Both the position numbers and the translations under genes were made by a program. From Anolis carolinensis (Eukaryota), in NCBI RefSeq assembly GCF_035594765.1, contig NC_085842.1:235053747-235117746 (forward strand): a stretch of DNA of 64,000 nt. Reading direction: 5' to 3'. Below, one piece after another: positions 1 to 12,400 of the stretch. Every line of letters starts with the position of its first letter. Positions within the stretch are counted from its first letter, which is position 1. The notes beneath the pieces are model-generated. The model did not search any database, had not been told where the DNA came from, and saw only the letters and a program-made list of their open reading frames with translations.

Positions 1-1076
1 AGGTGTCTCAGCAGTTGCCAGGCTTTTCGGCTACTCTTGGACATGTCAAGGTTCTCAAGCAGCTCTATCCAACGGTCTTTCTTAGCATTAGCTAAGGCTG
101 TAGATAGTTTTTGACCTGCTGCTATAGTCCCGTCACTGTATGGATTCTCTTGAAATAGTCTGAGATATTCCTGTAGCTGATTTAGCGATTCTTCGTTTAG
201 GCCTGGTAGGTAGCTTGTGCGACAGCCTCTAGGGATTGAGAGCCTTGAGGATCTTTTCACAGCTTCTACAAACAGGTCATAATTTTCTATAGAAGGTTCT
301 ATATCAGAAATAGCAGCTTCCATGGTCTCTGTAAACTTTGTCCAGTTAGCTTTATTGAAGTTATATCTTCTGCGGAATGGGACACTTTTTGGTCTTACAG
401 CTGCATATGCTACGCAGCATATTGGTCTGTGTTGTGTGTTAGGTATCGGGTTTAATACCCTTTTGACGCATTGGTGGCTTATGCTTTCCTTTACAAAAAT
501 CGGATCAGGGTTATAACCACGCTTCCATCAGCCGCTATTGAAAGATGGTGGTAATTTACTGTCATGGAGGAGGCTCATTCTACTATTGTCGGCCCACGTT
601 AGAACTGCTTCGCCATTTCTATCATCTTCGTCATAGCCCCAGACACAGCTATGGCTGTTGAAATCTCCCACAACAAAATGGGCTTCATGACTGTGGCAAT
701 TGGTTGGGGGCGTAAAATAGAAATCAGCCCCAGGTGGTTTATAGAGTGATGATACCTTGCAACTATCAAGTTCCACAGATAAGATTTCAATGTTGTTCGC
801 TTCTGTGAGGGAAGTTGCAGAGATTGCTACACCAGATCGTACAAAAATGGCACTGCCATATTGCCTGTGAGGTCGTTCCACTGCCAGTTGCATTCCAAGA
901 ATTTTTGGTCTTCTCATTGTGATGTCTCTGTGTGTTTCCTGTATACATAGGATGTCACACGAAATGTCCTCAGACATTTTGGCTAATAGTTCTTCCTTAG
1001 CAAGTGAAAAACCTTCTATATTAATAGACATAATCGTTAGCAATGGTCTCGATAAAGACCTTTGGTATTCATCCAT
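1..1076 (-). pseudogene. Vingi ORF (APE endonuclease plus linker) broken by one in-frame TGA at 528-530
   Basis: ORF 528..1076 ends FNSG*. The same frame continues open to the window edge (WKRGYNPD...QHRP...RKAWQLLRH). The stop fits CGA>TGA CpG decay (SGRW). Confidence 0.85.
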
Positions 1077-1097
1077 TTATCCAATGCTTTTGGGTGT

Positions 1098-1187
1098 GGA
1101 AAGATTGGCTGCTTACAAGAAACGTTGCCCAGGGGACGCCCGACTGAATCTTACTCAATCTTCGGGGAGGCTCTTTCCGTGTCCCCC
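1098..1187 (-). ncRNA. HDV-like self-cleaving ribozyme fold forming the Vingi 5' end
   Basis: P1 GGGGGAC/GUCCCCU with G1.U wobble; P2 GGAAAGA/UCUUUCC; P3 GCC/GGC; L3 starts UCCCCG; P1.1 CC/GG; J1.1/4 GGGCAAC; P4 GUUU/AAGC; J4/2 GCCAA. Confidence 0.8.
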
Positions 1188-1340
1188 ATAGGGCTTGTTC
1201 TCCAGACCTTTGATCATTTTAGTTGCCCTCCTCTGGACGCTTTCCAGCTTGTCAACATCTCCCTTCAACTGCAGTGCCCAGAATTGGACGCAGTATTCCA
1301 GGTGTGGTCTGACCAAGGCAGAATAGAGGGGGAGCACAAT
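1188..1340 (-). mobile_element. CR1 LINE fragment (RT C-terminal region)
   Basis: Translation [19 protein letters not shown]...[21 protein letters not shown]; near-identical to 46650-46790. Confidence 0.9.
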
Positions 1341-3700
1341 TAAGTGCAATAGATTGCACTTAATTTTACAATATTTAATAGAACAAAATAAGGTTTATAG
1401 CATTCCTTAACAAAACATGTAAGAAATGGATACACATACTTTTTTTCCCAGTCTTCGAATTACGCTGCTGTTCCAAAGACTAATATGAGAACCAAGTTGA
1501 TCTAGATTACCTCTAACAATAAAAGACATAAAAAAAACCAGCTCATTATAAAGGAGGCATTGTGAAGTTTACAGCTTGAATTCCAAACTGGAACTAGAAA
1601 ACACAGCTTTTCCATTTAAGCCTGTATGGGTGCATCCAGACAGTGCCTAAAACGTGAGAGCCCCTGCGTTTTTATGTGGGGTGTCCAAATGACACCAGCC
1701 AGGTTTTTGTGTGAACTTTTCTGCTGTGTGGAACAACCCTATTGTCTCATATTTTAGCTCCTTCTGAAATGTCCCACTTTCTCCCACACACACACACACC
1801 TTCAGCTTTTGTTCTCAACTTGCTTCAGTTGCTGCAAACTGAATTCAAAGTGCAAAAGGTTGTCCTCATTGGACTCAGCAGAAGAGGAGAGGATGGGACA
1901 GGCAGGATCTAGCCCTTCCCAGTAGGCTCAGACAAAAGCAAACAGCTGCAGCTTGTCCTAGCTTGTGTATTTTGATAACTTTTGCTGTCTTGGCCATACT
2001 CTGCTATAGTTTATGACACATCTCCTGGTTTTCCTCTGTGAAATTCTGAATAGTATGGATTATGGAACTCCTTTCCAGGATGTTCCATAATCCTAGTTTC
2101 CTTTCCGTGACAGGCAAGACCTTTTTGATCAAACAGGCCTTCAGCAGCTGACTGCCCATTACGGCCAGAGGTTATAAAATTGCCTTTTTCGATATGTTAT
2201 TGCTTATTTATCATTAGCTGTGGTGTTTTAACATTTTAAGTTGGTGTTTTAATAGTATGATTAATTTATTTTTATGTTGGCATATATAATTTATTGTATT
2301 TTTGCTGGCACTTAGAGAAAAGGTAAAATATAACCCAAATCAATGACAAAATTAATAAAATAAGGTGCCTTCCCCCCCTTTTCCTCAATAGCCTTTATAC
2401 TAGAAAGTGAAGTTGGCATCATCATAATCATCCAATAATTATCAATATATTGTTTTCTTTCTCTGTTTAAATATACCCATTGAATCTTTTTTAAAGCCCA
2501 CCTTTCTTTGAGCATACTTTTCTTGCATCCAACATTTCTCAGATCATTGGGCTAAGAATCTGTAAGAATTAATAGCCTTTGAACATTTGCCTTGGCTGGC
2601 AGCTTTAATAGACCCGTCTTGCTGATCCTCTGTTTCCACCCCCTCAAAACTAAAATAAACCCAAACTATAAATCAAAAGCATCTAAATGAAGTCCAGTCA
2701 CACATCACAGAGCAGCGGTTTTATGGATGGAACGTGGTCCAGATAATTTCTAGAACAAATAATTGCATTTTACTTAATGTGTCCCATGTACAAAGTTTGG
2801 GTTGCACAAAACACTGTGAAAAAAGTGACTGCCGACTTGAATATGTTCAACTTTGGCCCAGGTCTCCCTCTCAGCCTTATTGCTAGTTTTCCTCATTCAA
2901 AATGGAGAGTGGGCAGAAATCCATTTGATTAAAGAAATCTCCGATGCGCATTTTGTGAAGCTATATCATTTAATAGGATGATTGTTAAGAGAGTTGTTTT
3001 CTTATTGACATTCTATGCCTGCCCCCAAAGCAAGGAAGTCAATATTTAACACGTCAGATTTGGAAATAGCATTTCTTAAAATAAAAAAAAGCTGGCAAAA
3101 GATTAACTTCTACATGTAGGCTGAAATATGAAGTTATATACATAACCATTATCCAATCAATATGATGCCTCTATCAGTCTGAGAAGGGAATGGAGTGGGG
3201 GAGAGCAAGAATGATTTACTTGGAAAACAGAAGCCAAAGTTTCCCATTTGCTCTTTCAGAGATCTAAAAATCACCCCATAGAATCTGTTACTCTCATTAT
3301 TCTAAAGTGCTGCTCCATACAGCCTGTTGCACATGAAAGATGGCTATTTGATTCCCAGCACAGTTGGGTTCCACTGTTTCAGACCGCAGGGCTGCATGGA
3401 TTTAAGAGCACTTTCTACTTGAGGAAGTGAAAGCCCCAAGGAAGGGGAGGTTGGAGAAGCCGATAATGCCTCGCATTGATGGACAATTTGATGGACAATC
3501 TTAGACTGGCCATCCCAACCGCTGAGGTTCATCTATTCTACATCTAATCAAACAAATCAAGAAGTCACAAAAAAATTCCCAGATCAGAACACAGGCCTTG
3601 CTGAGTGGCACTCAGGGATTTTCATCTGTATAACCCATGAGTGGCAGATGTATCCAGAACTTATTTACATATAGAGAAAATTGGATGGGACAGTGCATTT

Positions 3701-3702
<2 letters not shown>

Positions 3703-3742
<40 letters not shown>

Positions 3743-3743
3743 T
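3703..3743. repeat. (TG)n microsatellite; others at 4148-4198 (AC/AG), 16835-16861, 59170-59208 (AC), 43491-43525 and 44455-44505 (TAA)
   Basis: Seen directly. Confidence 0.95.
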
Positions 3744-4145
3744 ATTACAGAAAAAAAAATCATTATATTAAAAATGTGAAAGATAGACACTGGATATGAA
3801 CACAGACAGAGAAAGAGAGAGAGGCAAGATATATTTTTCCAGGAAAAGAAATTTACATAGAGCTGAACATTGTCTGGTTATTATTTTTTTAATCACACTC
3901 TTTATTCTCTGCTAGATGTATTACAGTGGATACTTACGACCTCATCACATTGAGAGAGGAAAACATGGGTGACTGTCCTTTTAGTATAGAGAGTCACCCC
4001 TCTTATATCGTCAGCAGCCCCATTTTGAGTTCTGCCTCCCCATCACACTCACATGTGGAAACTTAAGTGCTGGCAATAAAATCTCTTGTAGTTTGATTCC
4101 ATATGAGTGCACGTCCAGTTATATTACGGTATATGGTGGTGTAGT

Positions 4146-4190
<45 letters not shown>

Positions 4191-4298
4191 AGAGAGAGTA
4201 TATACCTTATATAGAATGGCGACCTACTCTAATGAATGCAGGAAAAAGCCTAAGGATCTGTGAAATAGCAGGAGACAACATAAGGGTATGACTACACA

Positions 4299-4587
4299 CA
4301 GGACCATAGCCAGAAAAAAATTCGGGGGGGGGGGGGGGTGTTGAAACTTTTTTTTTTTTTTTTTTTAGCAAATCATGAAGAATAATTCAATAATTCAAAA
4401 TAATTTAGAAATCAGGCTCCATCGATAAACTTCAGTGGACACTCAAGATAGATAAACTTCAGTGGACACTCATGGGGATTTGTTTAGCCAGTTAAAATTC
4501 ATGAGTAAAACAGTTTTTTTAGCCTGAAAATTTCAGGGGGGGGGGGAGTGAACCCCAACCCCCCCCCCCCCCTTTACTACAGCCCTG
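4299..4587. mobile_element. Non-autonomous DNA transposon (hAT-like) with G/C-run subtermini
   Basis: Imperfect TIR CAGGACCATAG/CTACAGCCCTG; perfect 8-bp TSD ACTACACA (4291-4298, 4588-4595). Confidence 0.75.
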
Positions 4588-5094
4588 ACTACACATCAAT
4601 ATATTGTTTAGCACACAATAAAATCAAGGTTTGCTTTTTGGTGATTTTTTTTCTAGACATTTTTTCTGAAAAACCTCCACCAACATGTGACCATGTAAGG
4701 TGGAATTATGGGAGTTATAGTCCAAAGCATAACATGTCCAAGTTCCGCACTGAATCAATTACGTACTCAGATTGTTGTAACTACATCACATCTTTCTGTT
4801 TGTTTAGAAATTTTTAAGAAGAATCACCCTAAAATGTTTTCCAACTTGCCAATCCCGTGTCCATCTATTAATGATTTAATTGTTTCCTTTTAAAAAGCAT
4901 AGCCTTATATGGAAAAATGTATAGACATTTCACAGATTGTCTTGGTAAGCAGCACCCTCTAGGTCTGAAATGGGCATCATTGCACATTTGGCAAATTGGG
5001 TAGAGTTAGAAGACTGCATTTAGCCAATATGTTTTTTCCTGTTTATAAGATGTGTGTCAAATCATAGCTGCAGAGAAAAACATTGAAGCTTATA

Positions 5095-5411
5095 CACATT
5101 GAGTATCCCTTTTCCAAAATTCCTGGGACCAGAAGTGTTCTGAATTTTGGGTTTTTCTGATTTTGGAATAGCTGGATTTTCATATATATACATAATGTGG
5201 AATCCAAGTCTAAACAGGAGTTTACATATTTTTCCTATACACATTCTAAACTTATCCAGAATGTAATTTTATACACAATATTTTAAATTGTTTAGTGCAT
5301 GAAACAAAAGTTGTGTGCCCTAAACATTCAGAAAAGAAAGTCGTCATTTTCTTAGCCGCTCGTGTGGACTATTTTGGATTCTGGGCTTCCAGATAATGGA
5401 TACTCAACTTG
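5095..5411. mobile_element. Tc1/mariner (Tigger/MER2-like) MITE
   Basis: TIR CAnnTTGAGTATCC / GGATACTCAACTTG flanked by TA. Confidence 0.65.
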
Positions 5412-5879
5412 TACTATGCTAAATGACAGTGACAAGTAAAAAGAAGACCACATTGGATGATATCTACAAGCATACAGGAATTCCTGCCAGCATTTTCTGT
5501 GTCCATCCACCCTAGGCATACATTGCACACAGGAGACTGTGCTGGGTGTCTCCCTTGTGATAAACGTGGAAACCCGATCCTGTGATAACCGTGGACCTTA
5601 TGCCAGTACAATACCATCACTGGTTGATCATAATTATGGACAGGAAGAACCAGACTACCCCATTTCTACACTTTTTTTAAGTAATTGTGGTGTCTTTGCA
5701 CTACAGAACTGAAAGTCTGTAAATGGAGCATAAATATTTTCCATCAGATCTACGCCACTGCAAAGGAGAAGGAAGCAGCTGCTTCTTTTCTTCCCTCTAG
5801 ATGTGGAAGGATAACTGTTTTGGAACAAGGGAGCCACTATCAGGATTCTGGCTGTGTTTTTCATATTTGTGTGCAACTT

Positions 5880-6072
5880 CAAATAGCTTGTTGATCTGCA
5901 GCAACCACATAAATTTCTCAGGGTTTTCTTAGGCAAGGAATACTTGGAGGTTGTTTTGACTGTTCCTTCCCCTGGAATACAGCCTACAGATATAGTTGTT
6001 GATGTTCTCCCATCCAAGTAGTAACCCAGACTGAACCTGCTTAGCTTCCAAGATCAGATAGAGCCTGGTGCT
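5880..6072 (-). mobile_element. 5S rRNA-derived SINE (SINE3 type)
   Basis: Minus strand GATCTTGGAAGCTAAGCAGG...TACTTGGATGGGAGA matches the 5S internal control region, followed by a non-5S body (CTAAGAAAACCC motif). Confidence 0.7.
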
Positions 6073-6172
6073 TTTTGAGTATTTAAATACTAAATTTTCC
6101 TCTTTAGTGAAGGAACCTAAACAATTTGGGTACTCTTTCAACAGAAAGAGTGAGGGGTGAAGCATGCTAATA

Positions 6173-7365
6173 CCATATTTACTCGAGTCTAATGCACCAT
6201 CAAATCTAATGCGCACCTCAATTTTCAAAACCTTTAAACCAAAAAAAGTATTTGCTGCCTAATGCACAGCAGCAAAAAGTACACTTTTTTGTAATTCAGC
6301 CATTGAGGTTGCTGCCTGCTTAGAATTCCTTCTTTAAAAACAAAAGTATTAGAACACCAATGCTTTCAGCAATGGTGTAAAGTCTTGGCTCTGCCTTTTC
6401 CTCTCCTTTGCTTTAGTTCCCCCTGTTCATAGGCTTTCTCTATAGTGTAGATATCTCCATTTGTATTAGTTTTGGGGTGGAGCATAAAATCCCCCTAGAA
6501 GCCAACCTTAGTTGGTTTGTTTCATTTGCCTGTATAGAGCTTTCTTGCTAGACTCCTCCTTCTTTCTACAGTAGAGCTACAGTGATTAGAGGCCTCGTCA
6601 TTGTCTGGTAATCTTAGCCCCAGGCAATCCATAAACAGGCATTCTTATCACCTGAATTTAGCAGTTTTCACATACCATTAGTCCCAGAAACAACAGAAGC
6701 TTGTGGTCAACCCAAGTTTCACAAAGTAGAAAATCAAGACAGTTTATAAACATGAGCTTATAATCCATCGCTTTACATCAGAGGCAAAAGACTTCCAAGG
6801 ATTCCAGAGAGATGACTGCAACCAGCAAAAACTCCTTTCGTAATGTATTGTTTTAAGCTATCTTATTATCGTCCCAGTTGGAGTTTGCCCTTTGTCCTTC
6901 ATGTAAACTCGTTTTGGTTAACTTCCACCTTTCCTAAAGTGCCTCTGTCTGTCAAGGGTCTTGATCTTAACAGAAGGTATAGAGATAGCCCTTGAGTAAA
7001 GCCAGACACTATAGTTTTCTCAAAGGCTCGGGCGTGCTATTACAAATGGAAAAGTAAACCTTGAAGTGCATCTATGCTGTATAATGAATCAACTTTAGCT
7101 ATGGGGCTGTAGTTTTATAAGGTTTTGAGCCTTCTCTGCCAAAGAATGCTGATGCCCCATCAAACTACGAATTCAAGATTGTGTAGAATGGAGCTATGAC
7201 AGTTAAATTAGAAATGGGGTCCCTCAATAAAAGTTCCAGATGCAGCTTCCCCTTTTGCTTTGGCTTAACACTCTGATTACCACATTACGCAAATCTAATG
7301 CACACCCTAATTTGGCAAAGTAATTTAGCTAAAAAAAGGTGAGCATTAGATATAAGTAAATAGGG
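6173..7365. mobile_element. Non-autonomous Tc1/mariner-like element (~1.2 kb)
   Basis: TIR CCATATTTACTCGAGTCTAATGC / GCATTAGATATAAGTAAATAGGG, TA flanks, subterminal AAATCTAATGC repeats at both ends. Confidence 0.6.
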
Positions 7366-7439
7366 TATTTCATTCCTCCACAATCCACCTACCTTCCTCC
7401 CCCCACCATCAATAATTAAGCACAAGGACCTAATAGAAT

Positions 7440-7660
7440 GACACCTATACAGGAGGCTAGATTTCAATTGAATATTAGAGGAAACCTCTTGACTACAGGA
7501 GTGGTTCAGCAGTGGAGCCAATTGCCAGCAAGGCAATAAGGTTTCCTTTTCTGGACATTTTCAAAAAGAGGCTGGATAACTACCTGCTGGGGATCCTACA
7601 CTGAGCAGTGGGTTGGACTCAATGGTCCATGAGGCTTTTCCCAATTCTATAATTTTATGA
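7440..7660 (+). mobile_element. Old CR1 3' end
   Basis: GGGTTGGACTCAATGG...TTCCCAATTCTATAATTTTATGA resembles the CR1 3' stem and (ATTCTATG)n tail. Confidence 0.65.
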
Positions 7661-9045
7661 GAAAACCATGCATGCTGCTTTGGGCTCATTTATATTGTAC
7701 CTTTCTTCCAATGTCCTCAAAACATTAAAATAGGATATAAGTACAACGAATTAATAAGTAAATAGTTGCAACAATAATTGGGAGTCTATTGTAACTAATA
7801 ACTAAATAATTATTTGTATTCCTAGTTAGAACACATCTTACAAGTACTGTACTTTGAATGTGTTTCAATTCTGCAGTTGTTCCATGCCACTCTAATAAGA
7901 AAGCAAAGGAAGGAAAGGAATGGTAACCTCTGGACATTTCCAACATTCTTGCACCAGTTAAAAAATTAATATGGCATCTGTTTTCTGCTTTTAATTCCAT
8001 ATACCTCCCAGTGATACCACTCAGTGACTTGACTTGGCACCATTTGCGGGTTAGGATTTCAATTGCATTTTTCTCAAACTGTGAGGAGAGGATTATTTTT
8101 GTCCAAACTAGTGTTAAAGATTCAAAATGATAATATTATATCTCTGCCTCGCAAAGCAACATCTCTAATGAAAAGCAGCCAAGATACATTAAGAATGAGC
8201 AAGAGATAAGAGAGGAATTTCAGCTATAACTCTTTCTGGAGGATTATATTTAAGAACGCTTGGAAAAGAAATGTACATTTATGGTTCAACAAAGAAATAA
8301 GATCTCATCCAAATTGCCCAAGGTATGAAACCTTGTATTAAATCCATTAAAACCTACATATGGGAGACATATGACCATCGTACAACTGGTCAGCGGTAAG
8401 GTGTGCAAAGAATCCATTTGTGTCATCCCTTCCTCAAAGCTTGAAATATGAAGCCAGCAGAGGAAGCAGCAGCTTCAAAACATGCAGACTGTGCCTCCTG
8501 CTTGTGCAAAAATCCCATTGTAAATCCAAAGGCTTATTTGCACAGAGATGTTTGACAGCATCCAAATATGTCCTGCAGATGCCTAATTGTAGCTTTGTGA
8601 CTGCCAGATTGGACACTGGTGTGTGTCGGTGTGTGGGTGAATGTGTGTTTAATTAGCTGAGAATTGTATCTGTTGGCATGTTTCAGTGGTTTTACTGCCT
8701 GTGGCTATCAGTTCTTGCACCATCCAGAAAGCATTTAGAAAGCACAGAAGAGTTATGCCAGTGTGTCACTGTGACCTGTAGCAGTCATCTGGCATCTTGT
8801 AAAAACAACATGTTTGTGCCAGCAGCAATAAGTGTTGTTTAGATGCTGCCATGCCAAAAACATTCACTTTCAAAGGCAGGAATCTTATCCAAAGTTGCAG
8901 AATAGATGAGAACTGGAGAAAAAGGGACAAGGATAAGAATGTCGTGAAAATTGTTGCTTTGTGCTACTTGCCAACTTGGACACTGGTGTGTGTCCTAAAA
9001 ATATTCACACTGTGCAAGTAATTCAGTATTAAAACTTCTGATGAA

Positions 9046-9528
9046 TTTATTTTATTTTATTTATTTACTGTATTTGTATTCCACCCTTCTCACTCTGAAG
9101 GGGACTCGGGGTGCATCACAATACAAATATACATAGAAAATATTCAATGCCATTAGACATATGACATATAGACAGAGGCAACTTAACATTTTCCAGCTTC
9201 CGGCTTTATGAGGGTATGCTCAATTCCGGCCACAAGGGGAGCTGCCGCTTCATCGTCCTCCTTGATTGAGTACTTCCTCATTCCTTTCTGCATGCTGCTG
9301 GAAGTTTTTATGGTGTCGTAAATTAGTTAAATTAGCCTCCCCACATAAAGCGGTATCTAAATTTTCTACTTGATAGATGCAACTGTCTTTCGAGCTGCTT
9401 AGGTAAACAGCGAGCTAGGCTATTAATGGTTGGGAGCTTAATCCGATCCGGGCTTCGATCTCATAACCTTTTGTTCAGTAGTGATTTATTGCAGCTGGCT
9501 ACTAACCAGCTGCACCACAACCCGACCC
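9046..9528 (-). mobile_element. tRNA-headed SINE with L2-type 3' tail (Anolis SINE2-like)
   Basis: Homologous to 40073-40245+41160-41462; tail CCGAGTCCC...GAGAAGGGTGG plus (TAAA)n. Confidence 0.75.
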
Positions 9529-11406
9529 AAATCTATATAGGCTGATGAAAAAAATTGTTTGCCACCATATTGTCCTGGTCTGCCTTGACCCTCCAGTGAT
9601 CTTTTGGAATATGGGATGGCTGTGTAAACAATTGTCGCTGGTTCTATCTTGGATCCAAAGTTACAGTTTATATGGACCCAAAGTTACAATATACAATACA
9701 TAGGCTCAAAGTCCCAGTTTGCTCTGGATTCTTGGGGGGAAATCAGAGCAACCAGCAACTATTAAAATGTGGTTCAAGACCCCATTAAGCGCCTTTGGCC
9801 TATGTTAACCTGAATCAGCTCCATGCGTCATGCAGTTGTCATAGAGCTGATTCACTCCCTTTCAGGATAAATGGTCAATGTAGATGTGGCAAATGCAAAG
9901 TCCCATTGATAGATATTTAACATCTCATGGTTTTTATTTTATGAAGTGTATGGGTCTCACATTGCCATCCAGATTTCTTCTGTTGAAGTCACAGGGATCG
10001 CCCATTTCAAAATGGAAAATGATGTCTTACAACTAATAATTTCCCAATACAAAACTGACATACTTTTCCCACCTGCCCACCCCTGTTGTTGTGGCACTAA
10101 TATCTAATAGGAATGCAAAGCTTTATACCTAAATATTTGTGGTCAGAAGCTGTTCCAGCTACAATAAGCAGCAAAAACACAACTGATGGGTTTGACGTTT
10201 GCGGTTCAAGATTACAGCAGGCTGATGAGGACATCAAAAACATAAAGGTTTTGATCAATGAAAACTACTCACTGTTAACACAAAAGTTCTTAGCTACTCT
10301 GAATGAAAAGGAAGTGCACTGGGAGAGAAAGTAATGAACTCATAAAAAGCATGAGAGGACTTTTTTGATGACCAACCCATGAAATAATGAGACCACACAC
10401 AGTATCTGGGGTGGAACAAGGGTCACTTTATTTAACTACCACCTATTTATTTTGTATTCCTTATAGATAACATAGTTAGTCATGGGATTGACTTTGTGGA
10501 GTGTATGTATTTATTGTAACCCTGCAATCTATCCTGAGATCTTCTGGTCGAAACCATCAAGAAGATACTGGCTGGGAACTGGGTGAAAGAAATACAAACC
10601 CAGATCTGAATTACTGACTTAACTCATTTATTTATTTATTTATTTTGGGGGGGGGGGGGGATGTGCGACACATCATTACAGGAAAGAGTAACAGCAAAAT
10701 AGTGAAGAAAGTAGACTTTTCCAGTAGTCATTAATTGTAGCTCACAGTTTTTATATACATGCTGTTGTATTGACTGGGTGGTTGTATACAGCCATTATAT
10801 AAAGAATGTAGGCAATCTATTTGACAATAAGGAGCAGAGAGATGCCATTGAGGACGTGTTTTGGGTAGTCACATGTACTTGAACTTCAAAGCCATTTTTG
10901 GCATTTTAATACTGGATTCAGCAGAGTCATTCTGTGAAATTAATTGACTATGCATCCAGGATGGAGGGAAAAGGAAAGGAATAGGAAAGGAAAAGAAAAT
11001 ACGCCTTAGTAAGTTTCCAAAATTACCAATAAAATGAAAGATGTGGTGGTGATTGCTAGCCTATATTCCCCACCCACGCCGTTGTTAAAAGACATATTAA
11101 TGAAAGCTAGATAGATAATGAAGTTTGAAATGATTAGGCCCAAGTCAAGACATTGCACAGCCTAAGATGGAACAGAAAATGGCAACCCCTCCTTCTCCCT
11201 TCTATGTGTAATAGCTAAGGCCTGCAAAGCTGGCACTCAAGGATAACAATTTTGTTTTATATCAAGTTATTGGTATGAATTACACCAAGTTATTTAAATA
11301 TCCCAGAATTTGCATAGCCACAACCTTGCAATATCCAGCAGGCTGCTTCCTCTGCCTCACCGCCTTCTTTGTTCCACAAAACCTTATTCTAAGTAATGGA
11401 CTAGCA

Positions 11407-12176
11407 CAGGGGTCCTCAAGCTTTTTAAGCAGAGGGCCAGTCCACAATCCTTCAGACTGTTGAGGAGCCAAATTACCATTTGAAAAAAAAAAACAAATCA
11501 ATTCCTATGTGCATTGCACATGTCTTATTTGTAGTGCAAAAAACCCCCAACAAAAACAATAAAAGAACAATACAATATATAAAAATAAAAACAATTTTAA
11601 CCAACATAAACCTATCAGGATTTTAATGGGAAGTGTGGGCCTGCTTTTGGCTAATGAGATAATCAAGTTAATTAGGATTGTTGTTGTTGTTGTTGTGTGC
11701 CTTCAAGTCATTTCAGAATGTGGGCAAGCCCAAGTCTCAAACTGAGGGAGGGGGCCAGGTAAATGGCCTTGGAGGGCCGCATCCGGCCCACGGGCCTTAG
11801 TTTAGGGACCCTAACCCTAACCCTAACCTAAACCCTAATCCTAACCTTCAACAAAATCTCTCACCCAAACCCTAACTGTAACCCTAGCATAACCCTGATC
11901 CTAACCCTAATCTGAACCCTAACCTAATCGTAAACCCAACCCTAATCCTAACTCTAACCCTAACTTTAACACTAACCTTAACCCTAACCCTATCCCTAAC
12001 ACTAACCGAACCCTAACTGAAACCTTAACCTTAACTCTAACTCTCACTCTAGCCTAACCCTAACAATAACCCTAACAGTAACTCTAACCCTAACCCTAGC
12101 CTAACCCTAGCAGGGGCCAGGTAAATGACCTTGGAGGGCCGCATCCAGCACATGGGCCTTAGTTTGGGGACCCCTG
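11407..12176. mobile_element. hAT MITE with an internal telomeric array and duplicated right subterminus
   Basis: TIR CAGGGGTCC...GGACCCCTG; TSD GACTAGCA/GACTAGCG. Confidence 0.85.
11808..12110 (-). repeat. Degenerate interstitial telomeric sequence (TTAGGG)n, ~300 bp
   Basis: CCCTAA and variants in tandem on the + strand. Confidence 0.9.
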
Positions 12177-12249
12177 GACTAGCGCTACACACCAGAGGGA
12201 ATTTGCATAATCTCCTTTCTAATCATATCACCTTGGGAAATACAGCTAA

Positions 12250-12400
12250 GGCCCCTTCCACACAGCTGAATAAAATCCCACATTTTCTGCTTTGAACGGC
12301 AATATATGGCAGTGTGGACTCAGATAACCCAGTTCAAAGCATATATTGTGGGATTTTCTGCCTTTATATATTCTGGGTTATAGGGCTGTGTGGAAGGGCC
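12250..12400. mobile_element. Palindromic MITE (PIF/Harbinger-like, TIR GGCCC(C)TTCCACACAGC); related copies ~13328-13470, 14390-14830, 14991-15075, 15657-16817, 29675-29823, 63505-63585
   Basis: Long inverted ends, TAA/TGA flanks, shared internal CCAGTTCAAAGCAGATA motif. Confidence 0.7.

Larger units (their letters stand above)
1..1187 (-). mobile_element. 5' part of a Vingi/Ingi-clade non-LTR retrotransposon (continues off the left edge), inserted into a CR1 fragment
   Basis: Short 5' UTR followed by a single ORF starting with an APE endonuclease domain (SINIEG, LCIQETH, GSAIFV, SLYKPP, VVGDFNSH) and the typical post-EN region (NFNKANW, IPRG, SRKAW). Sharp junction with CR1 sequence at 1187/1188. 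Confidence 0.85.

Noticed and set aside
5463-5712. ~83-codon open frame with an acceptor-like CCCTAG
   Set aside because: No recognisable domain or clear donor site.
5990-6060. 5S rRNA gene
   Set aside because: Partial, diverged and fused to a SINE body, so it is a 5S-derived SINE rather than an rRNA gene.
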